From IMG/VR virus record IMGVR_UViG_3300021387_000081, positions 1 to 35,504 of that record: DNA of 35,504 nucleotides. One strand, 5' to 3'. The translations under genes and the position numbers were made by a program. Each line of letters starts with the position of its first letter. Position 1 is the stretch's first letter. This DNA comes from a virus. Shown here piece by piece: positions 24,606 to 31,749 of the stretch. Below the pieces are notes generated by a model. That model was given only the letters and a program-made list of their open reading frames with translations. It made no database searches and had not been told where the DNA came from.

Positions 24606-25149
24606 TGACGAGAAGAAGGAATTCCTGAAAAAAGTCACTGTCATTGCTGACAGCCGGGAGCAGAAGAACCGGCATATCATTGATGCTTTCAAGGCTCTTG
24701 GGATCATGTCCGAGAGCCGGAAGCTTGATTACGGTGACTACAGTTTTACCGTTGACGGAAAGGATTTTTCACGTTCCTGTGTGATCGAGCGCAAGGCTGA
24801 CATCGACGAACTTTACGGCAACCTCACAGCTGATCGTGAGCGTATCGAAAAGGAATTTGACACGATCTCGAAAAACGCCCGGCAATTCACGCTGCTGCTT
24901 GAAAACTGCTCAGGCTGGGAATATCTCAAAGGCTATCAGATATCTGATGCAGCAGCCGAAAAGCAGAACCGGAAAGTGAAGAATATCGGAGCAACGGTCT
25001 ACTCGACGATACAGGCATGGCAGTGCGGGAACAGGTACAACTTCAACGTGGTCTTCACTCCTGACCGGGAACGTTCGGCCCTGAAGATCCTGGAAGTATT
25101 CTATTACTACTACCACAACTACAGAAAAATGACAGCTCCGAGAAGGTGA
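24592..25149 (+). CDS. ERCC4-type (XPF/Mus81-like) nuclease
   Basis: Contains VIADSREQ...LDYGDYSF...VIERKADIDEL, the ERCC4 signature. Confidence 0.75.
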   Translation: MRLSNDEKKEFLKKVTVIADSREQKNRHIIDAFKALGIMSESRKLDYGDYSFTVDGKDFSRSCVIERKADIDELYGNLTADRERIEKEFDTISKNARQFTLLLENCSGWEYLKGYQISDAAAEKQNRKVKNIGATVYSTIQAWQCGNRYNFNVVFTPDRERSALKILEVFYYYYHNYRKMTAPRR

Positions 25150-25153
25150 ACCT

Positions 25154-25426
25154 ATGGGAAAGAAACTGTCATGGGAGACCGCTGAGCAGCTCGGAGCACT
25201 GAATAATCATAACGGCTCGATTTATGCTCCGCACAACAAATATGGCTACAAGCTGAACGTGAATCATCCGGATATTCGTCCGCTGTACGAGCATTACAAG
25301 CGAAAGATAGGTGCAGTGATACTTTCGGATAATGAGCGTTTCAGATTCGAGGCAGCAGTGATGAAAATGATAGGAAGGAGGAAAACGAGTGAACAAAGTG
25401 ATACTGACGGGCAGGCTGACAGCTGA
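25154..25426 (+). CDS. Hypothetical protein
   Basis: 90-aa ORF in the operon context. Confidence 0.55.
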   Translation: MGKKLSWETAEQLGALNNHNGSIYAPHNKYGYKLNVNHPDIRPLYEHYKRKIGAVILSDNERFRFEAAVMKMIGRRKTSEQSDTDGQADS

Positions 25427-25850
25427 TCCGGTACTGAGGCAGACTCAGAGTGGAGTTTCATCATGCAGATTCACAGTCGCTGTAGACAGGAGATTCGCGG
25501 ACAAGAACACCGGCGAGCGGCAGGCGGATTTCATCACCTGTGTTGCCTGGAGACAGACTGCGGAATTCGTTTCGCGCTACTTCAATAAGGGCAAGATGAT
25601 CGCTCTGGAAGGCAATCTGCGTTCCGGAAGCTACACCGACAAGAACCATTCAGATGTAACTCATTACACTACAGAAGTATACGTTGACAATGTGGAATTC
25701 TGCGGCGGAAAGAATGACAGCAGCAGTAATACTCAGAATACGCAGACCGCACAGCCTGCGGCTCAGCCGGCAGGTGATGATTCCGGTCTTTCATACGGCA
25801 ATCTCAGCGAGTTCGATGAGATCCTCTCGGACGGGGATGTGCCGTTCTGA
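25389..25850 (+). CDS. ssb: Single-stranded DNA-binding protein
   Basis: Has the OB-fold N-terminus NKVILTGRLTADPVLR and the acidic tail DGDVPF. GTG start follows GGAGG. Confidence 0.9.
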   Translation: MNKVILTGRLTADPVLRQTQSGVSSCRFTVAVDRRFADKNTGERQADFITCVAWRQTAEFVSRYFNKGKMIALEGNLRSGSYTDKNHSDVTHYTTEVYVDNVEFCGGKNDSSSNTQNTQTAQPAAQPAGDDSGLSYGNLSEFDEILSDGDVPF

Positions 25851-25964
25851 AAAATGCACTTACTGATCTTGTAGAAGCTGGCGAAGTGATCATAGTAGAA
25901 TGATAACGTTTTCTGTAAAGGGCGGCATAGTCCGTCCTTTTGCAGAATTGATCGAGGTGATAAT

Positions 25965-26729
25965 GTGGCTAATCCGCAGTTAAAGAACGGATATACCAAG
26001 ATAGCAAACGAGTTGCTCGAAGCAATATGCAGGCTTAATATCTCAGGCAATGAAATGCGGATATTGCTGTACATTATCCGCAGGACTTATGGGTTCAACA
26101 GAAGTTATGCAGAGATATCACTTTCAGAGATTGCAAGTGCTGTAGGGACAAGATCTGTGCATATTTCAAGGGCATTAAAAAAGCTTTCAGCACTGAATCT
26201 GATAGAACTGAGATCAAGTGAAGGTGTTAAACCTCAGACTATTTCCATTGTGAAAGATTATGAAGAATGGGCTGTTGAAAGTTGTACAGAATTACTATTA
26301 CCAAAAATGGTAACCGTTACCAAAAATGGTAACCTTACTATTACCAAAAATGGTAACTCTACTATTACCAAAAATGGTAACCCTACTATTACCAAAAATG
26401 GTAACCCTACATATAAAGACAATATTAAAGAAAATATTAAAGACAGTTTTAAATACAACAAAACAACCTACGGCAGAAATGGAAAAGTATTGTTGAAAAC
26501 CGAGGAGTACGACAAATTAATTAACGATTACGGGAAGAAAACAGCTGAGAGGTACATTGATCGTATGGATAATTATTTGGCATCCCAAAGCCGAGAGTAC
26601 AAGGACTGCTATGCTGAGCTTCTTGTCTGGCTCGATAAGGACGGAGTTCAAAAAAATGATCCAGATGCTTTCGATGTTGATAAGTACAAGTTCGTTATCA
26701 ACAGATTCGGGAAGGAGAAAGCGCGGTGA
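25965..26729 (+). CDS. Replication initiator/replisome organizer (phage O-like N-terminal domain) with internal iterons
   Basis: Contains NGYTKIANELLEAI....SGNEMRILLYIIRRTYGF, a winged-helix replication-protein N-terminus. GTG start follows gaggtg. Confidence 0.8.
   Translation: MANPQLKNGYTKIANELLEAICRLNISGNEMRILLYIIRRTYGFNRSYAEISLSEIASAVGTRSVHISRALKKLSALNLIELRSSEGVKPQTISIVKDYEEWAVESCTELLLPKMVTVTKNGNLTITKNGNSTITKNGNPTITKNGNPTYKDNIKENIKDSFKYNKTTYGRNGKVLLKTEEYDKLINDYGKKTAERYIDRMDNYLASQSREYKDCYAELLVWLDKDGVQKNDPDAFDVDKYKFVINRFGKEKAR
26298..26405. repeat. Five iterons TTACCAAAAATGGTAAC (candidate ori) inside the replication gene
   Basis: Copies start at 26298, 26317, 26341, 26365 and 26389. Each is an inverted repeat TTACCA/TGGTAA. 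They are translated as the (I)TKNGN repeats. Confidence 0.8.
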
Positions 26730-26905
26730 AAGAACTGCTGTGCCGTGAAAACATCTGCTCTCAGCAAATACATTGCCTGAGCTGTCCGCTGTCTGTGATG
26801 AGGACAGGCACGGACTGCCGGGAGCTGAGTGCGGAGGAGATACGGGAGATCATGAAGGAGGTAAAAGAAAGTGACACGCTTGCAGGAAGTAGAAAAGCTG
26901 ATTGA
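26726..26905 (+). CDS. Small Cys-rich protein (59 aa, below the track cutoff)
   Basis: GTG overlaps the preceding stop. Translation is VKELLCRENICSQQIHCLSCPLSVMRTGTDCRELSAEEIREIMKEV... Confidence 0.35.
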   Translation: MKELLCRENICSQQIHCLSCPLSVMRTGTDCRELSAEEIREIMKEVKESDTLAGSRKAD

Positions 26906-27170
26906 TGAGAATCTTGCACTGATTACACAGTACACAAAGAGAGCCGCCGAGTTAATAGGATCTGTTAGGCAGCTCGAAAAAGAAAGGGACAGACTGATGA
27001 AGAAAAACAAGGGCATCGAGATTGTGCGATGCAAAGATTGTGTAAAGCTCAACCGTTACGACTGTCCTATGTGTTACATAGAAAATAAGACATTGCAGTT
27101 TGCTGAGGTCAAGCCGAATTTTTATTGCGGTAAAGGCAGTCTTAGTGAGGAGGTAAGAGATAATGAGTGA
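26871..27170 (+). CDS. Hypothetical coiled-coil plus zinc-ribbon-like protein
   Basis: 99 aa with CKDC...CPMC. Confidence 0.55.
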   Translation: MTRLQEVEKLIDENLALITQYTKRAAELIGSVRQLEKERDRLMKKNKGIEIVRCKDCVKLNRYDCPMCYIENKTLQFAEVKPNFYCGKGSLSEEVRDNE

Positions 27171-27363
27171 CACTGACATGCTCTACATGGCGAGCCTGCA
27201 AAAGAGGCTCGATGCATCAGAAGAGGAGAACCGGAAGCTGAAGGAGCTGCTGCGTGACATTCAGCCGCTCATAACCGGGGCGCTGTATGTGAACTACAAG
27301 CAGACCAAGGCTGCGGATGAGGTCTACGACAGGATAGTGAAGGCGCTGGGAGAGAAGCGATGA
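27163..27363 (+). CDS. Hypothetical protein
   Basis: 66 aa, overlapping its neighbours. Confidence 0.5.
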   Translation: MSDTDMLYMASLQKRLDASEEENRKLKELLRDIQPLITGALYVNYKQTKAADEVYDRIVKALGEKR

Positions 27364-27788
27364 CGGAGACTGAACTGACCACAAGGCACTGGCTGAACCG
27401 TGCCTTCTACGCGGACAAGAAAGCAAAGGCACTGGAAATGCTCGTCAGGCAGTGCAGAGAACGCGCTGAGGGGCTTTCACGATGCTCGGAGGGCAATGAC
27501 AAGGGCAGGAGCGACGGCGCCGAAAACGGCACGGAAAACGCTCTCATGAAGCTTGCGGAAATGGAGAGAAAAGCGGATGCCCAGAGAGTTGAGGCAGTGA
27601 ACGTCTTGGCAGAGATACAGACGATCATCTCCGGACTTCACGACGATGACCTTGAAGCTGTTCTGATACACAGATATATTCTGTTTCACACTATCGAGCA
27701 GACCGCGGAGATAATGAACTATCATCCGAACACTGTGAAGAGCAAGGTCAAGAAAGCAATACAGAAACTATGTACCGAAATGTCTTGA
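27360..27788 (+). CDS. Putative late-gene transcriptional regulator (sigma-70 region-4-like HTH; RinA/ArpU/DUF1492-type position)
   Basis: The C-terminus LIHRYILFHTIEQTAEIMNYHPNTVKSKVKKAIQKL resembles sigma region 4. It is the last gene before the packaging module. Confidence 0.55.
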   Translation: MTETELTTRHWLNRAFYADKKAKALEMLVRQCRERAEGLSRCSEGNDKGRSDGAENGTENALMKLAEMERKADAQRVEAVNVLAEIQTIISGLHDDDLEAVLIHRYILFHTIEQTAEIMNYHPNTVKSKVKKAIQKLCTEMS

Positions 27789-27941
27789 AATGTCCTTTCC
27801 TTATGTGATATGCTGTATACATAGAGATCAGGCAAGAGCCGGGAGCTTAGGAATTTCCTTCCGCTCAGCCTGCTCTCTGTCTCCTTTCTTTTGTTCTACA
27901 CATCATGATCTTATTTTATCTGCCGGTGACGGCAGACTTCT

Positions 27942-28016
27942 GGCAGGTTGGAACAGCGGCAGTTCGCAAGGCTCATAACCTTGAGGTCGTGGGTTCGAGT
28001 CCCACACCTGCAACCA
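27942..28016 (+). tRNA. tRNA with CAT anticodon (Met, or Ile2 if lysidine-modified)
   Basis: Manual cloverleaf: acceptor ggcaggt/acctgca, D stem gaac/gttc, anticodon stem caagg/ccttg with loop ctCATaa, T arm gtggg-ttcgagt-cccac, and an encoded ACCA. Positions 1 and 72 are G and A (unpaired). Confidence 0.8.
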
Positions 28017-28100
28017 GCAGCAGACATAGAAACTATATCTTCCTAACAGAGTACCGTTCCATTTGGGGCGGTATTTCTGTTATACACATGGAGGGATCAT

Positions 28101-28304
28101 ATGGACATAAACAAATGCACCTGCGGAGGACTTGCAGAGCTGAAACGAGAGTACGCGAAAAATAGCGTGAGCATGAAAATAGAGTGCATTTCCTGCGGAC
28201 GAAGTGGGAGAACAGTCACTCTCACTGCCTCAGGTCCGATACCCGAAGCAATGCTCGACAGATTCGCTGAGCAGCTGACAGCAGACTGGAACGCCGGCAG
28301 ATGA
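28101..28304 (+). CDS. Lar-family restriction-alleviation-like protein
   Basis: 67 aa with C.CGG...C.SCG and a C-terminal A.DWN..R, the Lar-family pattern as I recall it. SD ggaggg. Confidence 0.55.
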   Translation: MDINKCTCGGLAELKREYAKNSVSMKIECISCGRSGRTVTLTASGPIPEAMLDRFAEQLTADWNAGR

Positions 28305-28660
28305 AGAAGGCATGTCCGTACTGCGGAGGCATCCACAGCAGCGGCGAAGTCTGCGCGAAAAAGCCGGCAGAGAAGAACGCTTCATCCGGCGCAGATGTGT
28401 TCCGCGGCAGCTATGAGTGGAAGGAAAAGCGTGGATACATCATGCGCCGTGACAAGTATCTCTGTCAGGCGTGTCTTCACGGTATAGGCGGAAAGATCCG
28501 GCTCTGCAACGAGGAACTATCAGTGCATCATATACGGCCGCTGAAAACTAACTTTGAGTTGCGTTTAGATGAAAAAAACCTGATAACACTATGCCGTTTT
28601 CATCACGAAAAGGCAGAAAGCGGAGAAATTTCTGCGGAAAAATTGTTAAAAATCTTGTAA
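28301..28660 (+). CDS. HNH endonuclease (terminase-associated)
   Basis: Contains C.YCGG, YLCQAC, VHHI.PL and LCRFHH, and lies immediately upstream of terS. Confidence 0.85.
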   Translation: MKKACPYCGGIHSSGEVCAKKPAEKNASSGADVFRGSYEWKEKRGYIMRRDKYLCQACLHGIGGKIRLCNEELSVHHIRPLKTNFELRLDEKNLITLCRFHHEKAESGEISAEKLLKIL

Positions 28661-28743
28661 AATATCCCCCCGGAGGTCAGATTTTTTTTGAAATGCTCCG
28701 GACATCCACCGACGCCCCCCTCTGAAAATAAAATATTCCCTAA

Positions 28744-29214
28744 ATGAAAGGACGTGATACTGTGGCGAGACCGGCAATGAGTGCGAAAACTACGTCAAAG
28801 CACCTTACGAAGGCGGAGGCTGAGGCAAAGTCCTCGACCGAAGAACTGCTCAGAGGCAGGGCAGACAGGCTGCGTCCGCCTAAGTATCTGACGACTGCGC
28901 AGAAGAAGATCTTCAAGTTCATCGTCCGGGAACTGGAGGGCAGCGGCATCCTTGGCAATCTGGACATCTATGTGCTGACCGAGTGCTGCATCGCGCTTGA
29001 CAGGATGCAGGAGATAGAGAGCAGGATCAATCAGGATCCGGTGCAGCTCAGCAATGACAAGCTGCTGCAATCGAAGGACAGATATACGAAGTCCTTCTTC
29101 CGCTGCTGCAATGAGCTGTGCCTGAGTCCTCAGAGCAGGGCGAAAATGGGCAACCTCAACTTGCAGGCGAAGGAAGAGAATCCGCTGCTGAAGGTGCTGA
29201 GCGATGATGAATAA
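28744..29214 (+). CDS. terS: Terminase small subunit (P27 family)
   Basis: Contains P.YLT..QKKIFKFIV.EL...GILGNLD...L...C.ALDR, typical of P27-family small subunits. Confidence 0.8.
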   Translation: MKGRDTVARPAMSAKTTSKHLTKAEAEAKSSTEELLRGRADRLRPPKYLTTAQKKIFKFIVRELEGSGILGNLDIYVLTECCIALDRMQEIESRINQDPVQLSNDKLLQSKDRYTKSFFRCCNELCLSPQSRAKMGNLNLQAKEENPLLKVLSDDE

Positions 29215-29839
29215 AGACTGGTTCATAGATTACGCGGAACATGCGGTCAGAGTGATAGACATCGAGACACGCTGGTATGAGCTCAGAGGCTGGATAACAA
29301 AAAACGGAAGGCATATCCTGATTGGCGATGATGAGGGTGGCAGCTCCACCAGCGGAGCAGGCAGAAAAGCTGCCAAAAAGGTTGACAAAGCCGGGGAAAG
29401 TGGTATAATTGAAGAAAAGACAGGAGAAACGGCGGGAACTGATGTGCATAAAGTTGGAAAGATAGATGTTGAAAAGTTTGAAACTATTGCAAATGGAAGA
29501 ATTCTCACCGACGAGGTGATCATAACAGATAATCGGATCGAACACATTATTGAGCGAAGAGGTCAGAAGTTTTATGACGATTTTAAAGGCTATTTTCCTG
29601 AAATAATAGAAGCACCCGACTATATATTCAAAGATGATATGGACAATACAGCTATTGTGTCTAAATCATATAGCCATAAGGGAAAAACAGTAAACTTAGT
29701 TCTTAGGCTCGTAGTTGAAGGGGAAAACCCAAGCTATAAGAATTCTATACTAACTGCAATTGGTGAGAACGAGAAAAGATTTGCTCAACGTTTACGCAAT
29801 AACGTTCCTGTGTATAAAAAAGTTGACAAATCAGAATAA
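29204..29839 (+). CDS. Type-2 leader, Gly/Ser linker and PBECR-like (barnase-EndoU-colicin E5/D-RelE fold) nuclease domain
   Basis: 211 aa. The leader is WFIDYAEHAVRVIDIETRWYELRGWITKNGRHILIG. The C-terminus ITDNRIEHIIERRG...PEIIEAPDYIFKD..NTAIVSK...VNLVLRL resembles phage PBECR domains. The gene sits between terS and terL. Confidence 0.7.
   Translation: MMNKDWFIDYAEHAVRVIDIETRWYELRGWITKNGRHILIGDDEGGSSTSGAGRKAAKKVDKAGESGIIEEKTGETAGTDVHKVGKIDVEKFETIANGRILTDEVIITDNRIEHIIERRGQKFYDDFKGYFPEIIEAPDYIFKDDMDNTAIVSKSYSHKGKTVNLVLRLVVEGENPSYKNSILTAIGENEKRFAQRLRNNVPVYKKVDKSE
29219..29325 (+). repeat. 107-nt direct repeat (leader coding), partner at 31762-31868
   Basis: 9 mismatches by eye. Five fall in the codons for ELRG and all five are synonymous. 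Confidence 0.9.
29382..29409 (+). promoter_or_regulatory. Extended -10 consensus promoter inside the linker codons (KKVDKAGESGII)
   Basis: TTGACA at 29382-29387, a 16-nt spacer ending in tgg, and TATAAT at 29404-29409. Confidence 0.55.
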
Positions 29840-29851
29840 ATGTGATATAAT
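29823..29851 (+). promoter_or_regulatory. Extended -10 consensus promoter at the 3' end of the PBECR-like ORF (KKVDKSE-stop)
   Basis: TTGACA at 29823-29828, a 17-nt spacer ending in tga, and TATAAT at 29846-29851. Confidence 0.6.
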
Positions 29852-29857
29852 GAAGGT

Positions 29858-29980
29858 AAGATAAGAGTAGGTTATCAGAGGTGGTAAATTTCGTAGCGAC
29901 CACACGCCGCTGGTAACGACAGGGAGTAATCCCGAGAGATGCAGGAGAATGCTACGCCTGCCTGATAACCACTCTTTCCA
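29858..29980 (+). ncRNA. Candidate structured RNA between terS-side cassette and terL
   Basis: A 15-bp long-range helix (29863-29878 with 29962-29976, one bulged A) encloses hairpins 29881-29903, 29922-29933 (GUAA loop) and 29941-29961. Two hairpin loops carry complementary hexamers cgtagc and gctacg. Confidence 0.45.
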
Positions 29981-29981
29981 G

Positions 29982-30014
29982 ACCGCTTCGAGAAATCGGA
30001 GCGGTTTTCTTATA
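29982..30014 (+). terminator. Intrinsic terminator T4 (family GCGGTTTTCTTAT)
   Basis: accgcttcga/tcggagcggt stem with GAAA loop, followed by ttttcttata. Confidence 0.7.
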
Positions 30015-30041
30015 CCCGGACGCAGAAAGGAGCTGACAGCA

Positions 30042-31742
30042 ATTGACATAGTGAAGAACAGCAGAGCTTATAAATATGCTCTGTGGTGTACCGAGCCGGA
30101 CAATCACTATGTCGGGCGGTACATAAAGAAGCAGGCGGTGATCTGGCTGGAGATAGCGGACGGTCAGAGCGATGAAGCATATGTCTGTGAGAAGCGCTGG
30201 AAGAAGATAACGAAGCTGCTGAAGATCATCATGCACCCTGACCTCGGACATTCGATGTATGAGGGACTTGAGGACTACGCAGTTTTATTCATATATGCCT
30301 TGTTCTGTACAAAGCGCCGGAGCGACAGTCTCCGGTACTACGAGACCGGGCTTTTAGAGATCGCGAGGAAGAACTTCAAGACGTTCACCTCAGCGGTCAT
30401 TTTTATTATCGGACTGCTGACAGAGCCGAAGTTCAGCCGCTTTTTCAGTGTGGCACCGGATCTGAAACTCTCCAGTGAATTGCAGGTGGCTATCAAGAAG
30501 ATAATCAAGTCGAGCCCCTGTCTGGCGGACGAGAAGGTGTTCAAGCTGCTGCGGAAGGAGATACGCTGCAAGCTGACTGACTCTGAGTATACTCCTCTTG
30601 CTTACTTACAGGACAAGATGGACGGAAAGCTTGCAAATATGTTTCTTGCTGACGAGTGCGGAGCAATGGACAACTATCCCATAGAAGCCATGCGATCCTC
30701 ACAGATCGTGCTGAGGGAGAAGCTTGGCATCATCATCTCTACCCAGTACCCCAATGACAACAATGCTATGCTGGAAGAGGTTGACAACGCCAAAAAGATC
30801 CTTGACGGACTACGGCATGGAAGGGTGTTCGCACTGCTCTATGAGCCGGATGATGAGTTCAAGACCGGCGATGCGTGGATGACATCGGACACAGCGCTGT
30901 ATCAGGCTAATCCGGTGGCGTACGCCCATGAATACGTCATGGATGACCTGAGGGCGAAGCGTCAGGCTGCCATAGATTATGAGAACAAGCGGGAGAACTT
31001 CCTGTGCAAGCACATGAACATCCTCTACAAAGGACTCGGAGTTGAGGGATTTGTCGAGATAACGAAGGTAAGACTGTGTAAAGTTCCGGCGGATGCTGAG
31101 TTCTGGAGGGGCAGACAGGTATATATCGGGCTTGACCTCTCTCAGACCGATGACAATACCTCGGTCGCAATGGTGACATATGATGCGGATGAGGATATGA
31201 TATACGTCAAGGTCTGGGGATTCATCCCGGCTGACCGCATCGACGAGAAATCCCAGCGCGAAAAGGTGGATTACAAGAAGCTCATAGCCGCAGGAGAATG
31301 CTTTGCCTGCGGTGATGAGGTCATTGACTACGGCTTTGTGGAGCGGTTCATACAGTCGCTGCCGGAGCAGTACGGCGTTGAGATAGTTCAGCTGGGCTTT
31401 GACCGGTACAATGCTATCTCCACAGTACAGAAGCTGGAAAGCGGAGAGGATCCGATCGAGTGCGTTGAGATTAGACAGCACAGCAGCGTCTTACACAGAC
31501 CAACGAAGCTGCTGAAAGAACGTATCCTGAGCCGTAAGCTGCGGTATGAGGAGAATCATATGCTGGAGATCAACTTCCAGAACGCCAGATGCACCGAGGA
31601 CACGAATCTGAACAAGTATGTCAACAAGAGAAAGTCCGCCGGCAAGGTGGATATGGTGGTATCTGTCATAAACGCGCTGTATCTCTTGCAGGTGAATGTG
31701 CTTGACAGCATGGAGCAGGGGTTCGGGTGCCAGATCATATGA
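30042..31742 (+). CDS. terL: Terminase large subunit (start uncertain: ATT 30042 or GTG 30051)
   Basis: A Terminase_1-like sequence over about 560 aa. The tracked 5' extension contains terminator T4. SD aaaggag lies 9 nt before ATT and 18 nt before GTG. Confidence 0.85.
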   Translation: MDIVKNSRAYKYALWCTEPDNHYVGRYIKKQAVIWLEIADGQSDEAYVCEKRWKKITKLLKIIMHPDLGHSMYEGLEDYAVLFIYALFCTKRRSDSLRYYETGLLEIARKNFKTFTSAVIFIIGLLTEPKFSRFFSVAPDLKLSSELQVAIKKIIKSSPCLADEKVFKLLRKEIRCKLTDSEYTPLAYLQDKMDGKLANMFLADECGAMDNYPIEAMRSSQIVLREKLGIIISTQYPNDNNAMLEEVDNAKKILDGLRHGRVFALLYEPDDEFKTGDAWMTSDTALYQANPVAYAHEYVMDDLRAKRQAAIDYENKRENFLCKHMNILYKGLGVEGFVEITKVRLCKVPADAEFWRGRQVYIGLDLSQTDDNTSVAMVTYDADEDMIYVKVWGFIPADRIDEKSQREKVDYKKLIAAGECFACGDEVIDYGFVERFIQSLPEQYGVEIVQLGFDRYNAISTVQKLESGEDPIECVEIRQHSSVLHRPTKLLKERILSRKLRYEENHMLEINFQNARCTEDTNLNKYVNKRKSAGKVDMVVSVINALYLLQVNVLDSMEQGFGCQII

Positions 31743-31749
31743 GGTGGAT

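Noticed and set aside
26298-26405. Possible CRISPR array, because of the regularly spaced repeats.
   Set aside because: The repeats are 17 nt with 2-7-nt spacers, lie inside a coding frame and are palindromic. These are iterons, not CRISPR.
27790-28165. ORFs 27790-27978 and 27905-28165.
   Set aside because: They overlap a well-folded tRNA and the Lar-like gene start, and have no SD.
29949-30041. ATG 29949 as the terL start.
   Set aside because: It would translate the 3' part of the structured RNA and terminator T4. It has no SD, and the encoded peptide is not terminase-like.
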